Shown: positions 56,776 through 64,000 of the stretch, piece after piece
Layout of the letters: each line of letters opens with the position of its first letter
How positions within the stretch are numbered: the first letter of the stretch is position 1
Source: an uncultured virus (IMG/VR IMGVR_UViG_3300023214_000431)
Taxonomy: Duplodnaviria > Heunggongvirae > Uroviricota > Caudoviricetes
IMG/VR virus record: IMGVR_UViG_3300023214_000431
DNA length: 64,000 nucleotides
Reading direction: 5' to 3' (one strand)
Made by a program: the position numbers and the translations under genes
Notes under the pieces: generated by a model
The model's input: only the letters and a program-made list of their open reading frames with translations
Told to the model about the DNA's origin: nothing
Database searches by the model: none

Positions 56776-57732
56776 ATGGGAACCGAACTCGCAAATCTCG
56801 CAAATACCATCGAGCGGGCCTTCTGTGCCTTGGCCTCGGTCACCACTCACTACAACCGCTTCGACTACGAGGATGGTGACGACTTCATCGAAACGATGAT
56901 GACCATTGAATCGCTGGTTGCAAACGGCGGGGTGAACCATCGCGATCTGGTTGCTCGATTTCGCGCCGGGCGTCGCACCGAAATCAATGGCCGAATCGTC
57001 ACTTTCGGCAACCGCGATGCTACAAGCCAGATGGGCAAGCTGCGTGCGTCCAAAGACCCTTTCTACCTGGCAACCGATGGTCAGACCAACGGCGCAGCGA
57101 TGCGGGCGATGGCACCCGCGTTCTTCTTCACGAGCTTCGACGAGATGGTCTACGCCACGGCTTTCATCTCACGCATCACGCACGCGCATCCTGACGCCCA
57201 GATGGCTGCCGTCATGATGGCTCTGGCCTACCGTCTGGCGTTCCTCGAAAGAGGGGATTGGAGCCTATCTGACCTGGTTGTTGATGTTTCTCGCGCCATG
57301 GTTCTCCTTGGTCCTGCATACGAGCGCTCAGGGCTATACATCGTCAAAACATTGGAACTCTTTCCAACGAGTGCCAACGAAATCAAAAGCGACATCGGCT
57401 TTTGCCACTCAGCCAACTCGTCCCCGCTTGCAGCCGTCATCGTCGGAAAAGACGTACAACGCTGCTACGAGTTTCTCGACCACGGCTTTCCTCCAGAGCC
57501 GCACAAAATCTGGCTTGGAAGCGACCGCTACCTCGATGAGCTGGATGACAATGACAGCGCACTTAATCACCTGGGCACAGAAGATCGGGCTGCTAGCACA
57601 ACCTATGACGCCGACACCTTCTACTCGATGGCAATGCCCTTGATGGCGATGCGTGAGCGCGGCCCACGCAAGCACGGCATTTTCGAGAGCTTCAAAGAGT
57701 TGAGCCAGGAGCTTGCAAAACGATGGGCATAG
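56776..57732 (+). CDS. ADP-ribosylglycohydrolase (ARH/DraG)-like protein
   Basis: DGDD, TNGAAMR..P, SRITHAHP.A, DADT. Confidence 0.75.
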   Translation: MGTELANLANTIERAFCALASVTTHYNRFDYEDGDDFIETMMTIESLVANGGVNHRDLVARFRAGRRTEINGRIVTFGNRDATSQMGKLRASKDPFYLATDGQTNGAAMRAMAPAFFFTSFDEMVYATAFISRITHAHPDAQMAAVMMALAYRLAFLERGDWSLSDLVVDVSRAMVLLGPAYERSGLYIVKTLELFPTSANEIKSDIGFCHSANSSPLAAVIVGKDVQRCYEFLDHGFPPEPHKIWLGSDRYLDELDDNDSALNHLGTEDRAASTTYDADTFYSMAMPLMAMRERGPRKHGIFESFKELSQELAKRWA

Positions 57733-58364
57733 TGTGGGGCAAATCGGGTTTCTTCCTGGGGAGGTTCAGCGCATCGCTAGCCGCCGAAACCCGCAAGATC
57801 TTGCTACAGCATTTCTTGAACCCGAAGGACTACAATCCAGACCGGGTTCATCAATACGAAGAGTCAACCTTCTTCCCGCGTTTGGCTGTAAGCGAGCGAA
57901 TGAAGACCCTTGGCGCTGAAGTTGCTGGAGCGGCTTTTGGCAAGCTCATGACCTGTCGTTCGGCTCAAATTGCGTTGCGCTTTCCCGAGCGCCCTGCGGT
58001 GCCCTGGCACGTCGACAAGGTTTGCGCGCACGCTGCCGCACTGATGAGGGCTCCGATTGACCATCCCTTCAAAACCGACGCCATCGTGGGATTATATCTA
58101 TCACCAGTCACACTCGACAGCGCGCCTTTGACGCTCGACTCTGCCAGCCATACGGACAACATAGCGTTCGCCAAAGAACACGGCTACAAGATGCTGAGGC
58201 GCGGGGTGCTCCCAAAGCGGAAACCCGAGCCAGTCGTCATCATTGGCGACCCAGGCCAAGCCATCATGATGCACCCACTTCTCACCCACATGGTTCCTGA
58301 AAACAAAAGCAACGACATCCGGGTCGCTGTCTACTTCCGAATGATCTACCACGGATCTGCATAG
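57723..58364 (+). CDS. 2OG-Fe(II) dioxygenase, PhyH-like
   Basis: QIALRFP, WHVD, VGLYLS, SH, GDPG....H..L.H....N....IR.AVY. Confidence 0.7.
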   Translation: MGIVWGKSGFFLGRFSASLAAETRKILLQHFLNPKDYNPDRVHQYEESTFFPRLAVSERMKTLGAEVAGAAFGKLMTCRSAQIALRFPERPAVPWHVDKVCAHAAALMRAPIDHPFKTDAIVGLYLSPVTLDSAPLTLDSASHTDNIAFAKEHGYKMLRRGVLPKRKPEPVVIIGDPGQAIMMHPLLTHMVPENKSNDIRVAVYFRMIYHGSA

Positions 58365-59122
58365 TGATAGCTCAGAAAAAACGCGTCACGGTCCTCTCGT
58401 GCCCAGGGCGTGAAGACCAGCTCTTCACCACACTCAGAGCACTCAACGCCTCGGGGCTCGAAGGCGCAAACGAGTACATCGTATACACCGATGGTCCTAT
58501 TCTGGGCAGCGACGGATTTCACTTCATGGGCCGATGGACAATCGAAAACCTATGGGCCCCGCAAAGAGCATCGAGAAAGAACCTGGAAGCCTTCTACCGG
58601 ACTGTCGTGATGGCCTCGATAGAAAAGGTGGGAATGAACTTATTTCTCGAAGACGACATTCGCCCGTGCCAGGGAGCCATCAAACGCATGTTCGATGTTG
58701 GTGTTCCCGAGGGCGCGCCCTTCACCACCTTCTTCGATATGAAAGAGTTCTATCCCGGCACGCCCGAGGGACTCTACAAAGTTCCTTTACATGGGGTGGA
58801 TAGGCGTGGCTTTTGGGGTCTGCAAGCTGTTCTGTTCAATCAGCCCCTTATCACCGAAGCGATTGTCGAACCAGGCTCCAAGGGCCGAGAACACTTTCAC
58901 GAGCGCATGGCGAAGTACAAGGCGCACTCCGACATGGTTTTGATCGAGGCTCTTGAAAAGGCCGGATACGACCATTACGCTGCTCACCTGCCGTGTTTGG
59001 TCGAGCACGTAGGCCACGCCAACTCATCAATTTGGAAGTTTGGCGAGCACGACATTTCTCGCAAGGCCACCAACTTCCCTGGCGAGACCTTCAACACACA
59101 GGCGCTGAGAAAATTCACATGA
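58364..59122 (+). CDS. GT-A glycosyltransferase-like protein
   Basis: LFLEDDI, FWGLQAVLF, PCLVEHVG..SS. Confidence 0.6.
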   Translation: MIAQKKRVTVLSCPGREDQLFTTLRALNASGLEGANEYIVYTDGPILGSDGFHFMGRWTIENLWAPQRASRKNLEAFYRTVVMASIEKVGMNLFLEDDIRPCQGAIKRMFDVGVPEGAPFTTFFDMKEFYPGTPEGLYKVPLHGVDRRGFWGLQAVLFNQPLITEAIVEPGSKGREHFHERMAKYKAHSDMVLIEALEKAGYDHYAAHLPCLVEHVGHANSSIWKFGEHDISRKATNFPGETFNTQALRKFT

Positions 59123-59865
59123 GCTATGCCCCAAAGGCTCAGCGATACTCACAACAGGAACGACGCCAAATGATGAACTCAGGCACCACCATCATTCTCT
59201 GTGAAGGCGATCAAAGTCGCCTGTGGAATCTCGCCGAGATTAAGCAATTCATCCACTTTGGTGGCAGGCCGTTGCTTAGCCGTACCATCGAACAGATTGA
59301 CAGACATATCGGTCGCCAAAACATCATTCTCAACGGGCCCGACAACCACACCTGGAAGACCTACGCTCAAGAGCGCGGCCTTCCCCTCGTCCATGAAAAA
59401 AACCGCGACCCCGATCAGCCTTTTCTCGACGTTCTCGAACACTTCATGGGGCTGTGGAATACCGAAGCGCCAACAACATTTCTCTACGGTGATGTCATCT
59501 GGTCCGAGCGTATGATGCGCGAGCTGTACAAGCCCCGCCACAATGAGATCTGGTTTGCCACTCGTTTCTCCCCCGCGCCCGGCATTGGTACATGGCGTGC
59601 GGAAATCTACGGCTTCACGTTCCTCCCGAGTTTCCACGCCAAGCTCAAGGAGATGCTCAAGTCGCGCCAGCCCTCCCCCTACCATGCCATTGACGACGTG
59701 TGGGGGCTCTTTCATTGGCTCATGGACACGCGTGACAACCTGTCCGGCGAGCCGGGCTTTCTCGACGCAGGCGAAGACGACTACACCTTCGACATCGACT
59801 ACCCAGGTGATGTCGAAGGCATTCCCGTTCTCGAAATGCTTGCAGCCGAAGAACAAGGCTCATGA
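59119..59865 (+). CDS. Nucleotidyltransferase (sugar or choline-phosphate type)
   Basis: IILCEG.QSR.W...KQ.....PLL.RTI.Q, FLYGDV..S, DIDYP.D. Confidence 0.7.
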   Translation: MSYAPKAQRYSQQERRQMMNSGTTIILCEGDQSRLWNLAEIKQFIHFGGRPLLSRTIEQIDRHIGRQNIILNGPDNHTWKTYAQERGLPLVHEKNRDPDQPFLDVLEHFMGLWNTEAPTTFLYGDVIWSERMMRELYKPRHNEIWFATRFSPAPGIGTWRAEIYGFTFLPSFHAKLKEMLKSRQPSPYHAIDDVWGLFHWLMDTRDNLSGEPGFLDAGEDDYTFDIDYPGDVEGIPVLEMLAAEEQGS

Positions 59866-60107
59866 GCTGGATCTTCAAAGACGATAAAGGCAACGAGCTG
59901 TCTATCACCATCAATCAGCAAATGGCCGCCCTCGTGCGCAGTTGGCGCGTTGACGAAGGATGCACCTGGCGCAAGATTGCTGAGAAATTCGCGTCGCTCT
60001 TTCCCACGCACTCACTTGCAAATGGCACCCAACAAAACGGCGCCGAGCTATGCGCCGAAGCCGCCATCCTCCACAAAGAAGATCCATCACAACCCCCGTG
60101 GCAGTAA
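59862..60107 (+). CDS. Hypothetical protein
   Basis: ATGA coupling. Confidence 0.5.
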   Translation: MSWIFKDDKGNELSITINQQMAALVRSWRVDEGCTWRKIAEKFASLFPTHSLANGTQQNGAELCAEAAILHKEDPSQPPWQ

Positions 60108-60109
60108 AC

Positions 60110-60379
60110 ATGATCCAAACCATCGGACGCCTGAACCATCACCCCCTCGAAGGCACTCTCTTCGTCGGCTGTCGCATCACGAAGCTCGGCCTGGCCGCCT
60201 TCGAGGTCGAGTTGCCCGAACCGAATTTGCTGCTCATCGCCCAAACGCCGTGGCCCACCCACACCGTCACCGTCATCGACAAAGGCCCCACGACAAAGCA
60301 CATCGTCTCCTACGGTCCTGATGAACGCCCCCACGTCTCGCCCGCCTGCCCCTTCAAAGCCTTCATCTACAAGCCATGA
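60110..60379 (+). CDS. Hypothetical protein
   Basis: ORF in operon run. Confidence 0.45.
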   Translation: MIQTIGRLNHHPLEGTLFVGCRITKLGLAAFEVELPEPNLLLIAQTPWPTHTVTVIDKGPTTKHIVSYGPDERPHVSPACPFKAFIYKP

Positions 60380-60690
60380 CGAAAATCGACTGGATACTCC
60401 TGCTCGTCTGCATCCGACTTGCCATCGACTTTATCTCGATAGGCTGGTTCCAGGGACGGAGGCTGTACTACATCATCAAGAAAAGTCGGATGGTCGACCT
60501 GGAGGCTGAGGTGGCGGGTCACTGCCTCGAAAAGCAGATAGCAGAAGCAACAGGCCCGTGTCAGATCTGCTTGAAGCGGACCGCGAGCCATTGCTTGCTT
60601 TGCAGGCAGAACGTGTGCGGACAGGCGTGCTTCACCGACCACATCAAGATCTCGAAGGACTGCGCGCCACCCGAGCACCCTGTCGCCTGA
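60376..60690 (+). CDS. TM plus B-box-like Cys/His domain protein
   Basis: CQIC...CLLC...C...C..DH. Confidence 0.5.
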   Translation: MTKIDWILLLVCIRLAIDFISIGWFQGRRLYYIIKKSRMVDLEAEVAGHCLEKQIAEATGPCQICLKRTASHCLLCRQNVCGQACFTDHIKISKDCAPPEHPVA

Positions 60691-60938
60691 TGGCCTACCT
60701 CCCGCCGCGCTGCGAGCTGTTCAAGCCCACCACGGTCCTGGGATGGATATGCTGCGCCTGCGGCCACTTCACGGCCTACAAGAGCCGCCAGTGCCACAAC
60801 CACAACTGCGACCACTGGCGCTGTTACAAGCCCATTCCGGAAACGCCGCGAGAGGCGCCCAAGAAGCGCCCTGGGCGGCCGCCCAAAAAGAAGCACGCCA
60901 AGAGATCGAAAAGCCTTGAGCGTTCGATCAGATCGTGA
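60690..60938 (+). CDS. Small Cys-rich protein with an AT-hook-like motif
   Basis: WICCACG...C....C.H.RC; KRPGRPPK. Confidence 0.45.
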   Translation: MAYLPPRCELFKPTTVLGWICCACGHFTAYKSRQCHNHNCDHWRCYKPIPETPREAPKKRPGRPPKKKHAKRSKSLERSIRS

Positions 60939-60978
60939 TTTCATCTAAGGCTCAGTCAGACATGACGCTTCCTTCAGC

Positions 60979-61815
60979 GTGAGGCTTTTGCTATCTTGCA
61001 AAAGAAAAAGTGTGCTTGATAATGAGAGCACCCCCGCCATTGGAAGTTTCAACCGTAAAGTGTCTGCAACCGTTACAGAGCCCATTAAAGCTCCTAACAC
61101 CAGAGCGCCCACGCCTAAAGGCGGCGCTGCTGATTTACAAGAGCTTTTAACGGTCGATGAAGTCGCTGAAAAGCTGGGCGTCACTCACGTCACGGTTCGC
61201 AACCGGATTAAAGAAGGACGCTTCCATCCCATACGAGCCAAGCGAGGCGACCGGCAACGCATCTTGATCCCACCCCATGAGGTCGAAATTGAGATAGCGC
61301 GCGTCGAAGAAGTACGGCGCAAAATCCCAGGCAAAATTGGCGAAGGCCAAACAACGGTTTCTAAAAAGCAAACTCAGTCGGAGAAAACTGAAAAGTCAGA
61401 GATCGCACAACCTGAAAAAAAGGTTGAAAAGGCACGTCAATCGATACAGGACGGCGAGAAATGTGCGCAAGCCGTAGCTCTATTTCGAGAAGGCAAGAGC
61501 CCACTCGATGTCGTTGTCGAAATGAAGGTCGACTTCGAGACTGCCGAATATTTCTCGAAATGTTATGAGCGCCTGCAACCTGGGTGGTTTTTGCCGCCCA
61601 AACAATTCGCTCGCGTCCGCGTGCTGATTGGTTGGGATGAACACCCACCCACGCCCGAAGGCTTCGACAAAGCCATCAACGCCTTCATCGCCAAAGAACT
61701 TGGATGCCAGAAGTCTGAAGAGCCGCTACCGCAAGAGTTTGATGAAAGTGAGCTGACGCCTGAAGAACAACGTCAGCTTGCCGAGTTGGGAGACAAGGCG
61801 ACAACCGATGACTAA
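60979..61815 (+). CDS. Excisionase/MerR-like HTH DNA-binding protein
   Basis: LLTVDEVAEKLGVTHVTVRNRIKEGRF...RILIP..EV; start uncertain. Confidence 0.7.
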   Translation: MRLLLSCKRKSVLDNESTPAIGSFNRKVSATVTEPIKAPNTRAPTPKGGAADLQELLTVDEVAEKLGVTHVTVRNRIKEGRFHPIRAKRGDRQRILIPPHEVEIEIARVEEVRRKIPGKIGEGQTTVSKKQTQSEKTEKSEIAQPEKKVEKARQSIQDGEKCAQAVALFREGKSPLDVVVEMKVDFETAEYFSKCYERLQPGWFLPPKQFARVRVLIGWDEHPPTPEGFDKAINAFIAKELGCQKSEEPLPQEFDESELTPEEQRQLAELGDKATTDD

Positions 61816-62085
61816 CTTCAAAAAAGGCTTGGCCAGAAAAATCAGACTCTTCTCGTAACTGGCCGCGTTCGCCCTGTTTGTGTATCCGAAAGAAATCCAG
61901 ACCCTGATGATGTGGTCGTCCATATCCTCATGGCGCCACACAACATCGGCTCAGACCATGAGCCCACGCACTTTTCTCTACGCGCTTACCGCGATGAAGA
62001 CACGGAGTTTCCTGGAAGAGTGATGACCTTCATCCTGTTCCCCGACAACGACACCGAGCCGCAATCCCAAGAGGACAAGACCTGA
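61808..62085 (+). pseudogene. Frameshifted paralog of the N-terminal domain of 62085-62987
   Basis: Manual translation GRVRPV..DDVV..HFSLRAY..VMTF aligns with GRVQPV..DDTV..RFSLRAY..VMTF; the frame has no start of its own. Confidence 0.6.
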
Positions 62086-62987
62086 TGCCAGCCCCCGTAA
62101 AGAAGATTCGCCGCTTCATGGAATCGTGCCTGAGCCGCTTCGATGACGTGTCCCTGCACCTCTTCCAAATAAACGTCAACGGTCGTGTCCAACCTGTCTG
62201 GAGGTCCAACAAGAAGTGGACTATCGACGACACGGTTCCCATCATTGCCGAAACTGCGCAAGAGACCGCCAACGGCAATGCAGGACTGACACGCTTCTCG
62301 CTTCGAGCCTACGATGCTGAAAACGAAGAGCGCATCGCCTCGGACTTGGTGATGACCTTCGCTTTGCAAGCAGAAGATTCCGGCGACTACGACAACGCAC
62401 TTTCCGAGCCTGCGACCAACGAAGGTCTACTCGCAATGCTCATGCGCCACAACAACGAACTTCACCGCCAGTCGTCAGGCACCTGGGGCATGATGTTTCA
62501 GTACCTCACCGGCATCGTTCACAGCCAACAAGAGCAGATTGAAAAGCTCACGGGCGAACGGATGCAAAACGCTGCGACCATGGAAGAGCTGGTCAGCAAG
62601 AAACACGAGCGCGACATGGAGGCCAAGGAAAGAGAAGCCGCCAACAAGCGCAAGGAAGAAACCATGGGCAAGCTCCTGTCGCTTTTGCCTGTCGCAGTCA
62701 ATAAGCTCGCAGGCAAGGAACTCATCCACCAAAAAGAGACCTTGTTCGAGATGACCTCGACCGAGTTCATCCGTTCGATTCGTCCCGACCAGCTCGACGC
62801 CCTTCTCGAAACCGGCGTCATCGACAAACACCAGCTCACCCTCATCGGCACCATGTTGGAGCAAGTCTCCAAACGCATGGTCACTCCGGACGAAAAAGAA
62901 GAACAGTCGAGCAAGGCGCAGTCCGCCGCAACCAGCGGTCTCGGGCCCCTGGGTGCCCTCGGGAACTTCCTGTCCATCGGCAAATAA
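62085..62987 (+). CDS. Hypothetical protein with a coiled coil
   Basis: 300 aa; TGATG coupling. Confidence 0.75.
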   Translation: MPAPVKKIRRFMESCLSRFDDVSLHLFQINVNGRVQPVWRSNKKWTIDDTVPIIAETAQETANGNAGLTRFSLRAYDAENEERIASDLVMTFALQAEDSGDYDNALSEPATNEGLLAMLMRHNNELHRQSSGTWGMMFQYLTGIVHSQQEQIEKLTGERMQNAATMEELVSKKHERDMEAKEREAANKRKEETMGKLLSLLPVAVNKLAGKELIHQKETLFEMTSTEFIRSIRPDQLDALLETGVIDKHQLTLIGTMLEQVSKRMVTPDEKEEQSSKAQSAATSGLGPLGALGNFLSIGK

Positions 62988-63206
62988 GTGTTACGCTTGA
63001 CCCATGCGGCCTGATCGCGGTCCTCATCGCCGCGAACCAAGCTACCAAAGTCGCAAAAGCCTGGGGAGAGGATCTTTCCGTCCGGGGCACGCGTGTTCAG
63101 TACCTTTCCCGATCTAGCTGACATCTCAGCGGCTTGACGCGCCCGTCAAAAAAGTTTCAAATTTCCCAATTTGGACTTGCGGCGAAAGTCGATTCCTGGA
63201 TCGGAG

Positions 63207-63227
63207 TTGGCAAAAGTATTTTGCCAA
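63207..63227. promoter_or_regulatory. Perfect 9-bp-arm palindrome in a long intergenic region
   Basis: TTGGCAAAA-GTA-TTTTGCCAA. Confidence 0.45.
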
Positions 63228-63452
63228 GAGACTCTGCAATACCTTCGATCACAGAGTTTCTGTGCGTGCCTACCTGTCGCAGTTGTCGAAACTCGACAAG
63301 GGTTTTTCTTTTAGGCGTCACTGGCTAGCCTTTAAGAGCACTTGGTTTTGGAGTGTGGCAAGCGCTGAAGAGTCAGCGCGGCACCGCATCTTCGGACCCA
63401 TCAAAACCCGCCTCGCGATGGGTCGCGGGGGCAATATCAGGAGATCTGAAAC

Positions 63453-63968
63453 ATGGCACTCGCAGTTTCACAGAAGGACATCATCAACTTCAAGCAGCGC
63501 GCCGAGCGCATGACCAACAAGGCCCGGAACATCATCCAGGAGCAGAAGAAGACGATGGAGACGGTGGTCACGACCACCGAGGTTTCCGCCGCTTCCTTCC
63601 TGTTCGGTCTTGCTCAGGGCAAGTTCGGCGGCATTCAGATCGTCGGCGTGCCGGTCGATCTCCTGGCGGGCATCGGCTTGCACATCCTGGCCTTCTCGAA
63701 GGTCGGTGGCAAAGCGAACGAGTCGCACCTGCACGCCTTTGGCGATGGTGCTCTCGCGTCCTTCTTCAACCACCTCGGTCGCGATGTGGGCTACGCCGTG
63801 CAGACGGACGCTGACCGCAAGCGCATCGCCGAGTTCGCGACGAAGAAGAAGAAGACGTACATGACCACCCCCGGTGGCGCGTACAGCTTCGGTGTCAGTG
63901 GCGAGTCCGGGGGCGCAGCCCTCGCCGACGAGGAACTCGCCCGCATGGTCAGCGCCGGTCGGCGCTAG
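63453..63968 (+). CDS. Membrane-associated protein, probably highly expressed (candidate virion protein)
   Basis: AGGAG SD, strongly GC3-biased codons, hydrophobic segments. Confidence 0.65.
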   Translation: MALAVSQKDIINFKQRAERMTNKARNIIQEQKKTMETVVTTTEVSAASFLFGLAQGKFGGIQIVGVPVDLLAGIGLHILAFSKVGGKANESHLHAFGDGALASFFNHLGRDVGYAVQTDADRKRIAEFATKKKKTYMTTPGGAYSFGVSGESGGAALADEELARMVSAGRR

Positions 63969-64000
63969 GGCCAGCACATCACAGGCGGCGCCCCTTCGGG

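Noticed and set aside
60979..61815. Prophage integration module
   Set aside because: Only an excisionase-like HTH is present; no integrase, att site or flanking host genes were seen

Overview
This is a gene-dense window of roughly 58-60% GC (by eye) that reads as part of a large bacterial virus or virus-like element. It has no ribosomal or housekeeping operons and many short overlapping ORFans. Left part (minus strand, ~1.4-18.9 kb): a replication module with a protein-primed-type family B DNA polymerase, RecD2-like and SNF2 helicases, a 3'-5' exonuclease and a ParB-like protein. Middle (mostly plus strand): an SSB-like gene, nucleotide and DNA-repair enzymes (dTMP kinase, family-4 UDG, NUDIX, MazG-like, truncated thyX), host-like regulators (Fis-like, PhaR-like, RRM, J-domain), a tRNA-like RNA with a non-canonical anticodon arm, and small membrane or candidate virion proteins. 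Right part: a glycan-modification-like cluster. The standout feature is a compact type V CRISPR-Cas locus. A 599-aa Cas12m (V-U1)-like RuvC effector (48880-50679) appears to keep a complete D-E-D catalytic triad, and is followed directly by an array of 9 identical 36-bp repeats plus one degenerate repeat (50751-51422). No cas1/cas2/cas4 or tracrRNA is visible. The array contains a duplicated spacer and a 9-nt mini-spacer that matches the region upstream of the cas gene. The cas gene also shares a palindromic, leaderless promoter motif (TGTCR-N5-YGAYA) with several other genes in the window. All family assignments come from motif recognition by eye; no database searches were run.
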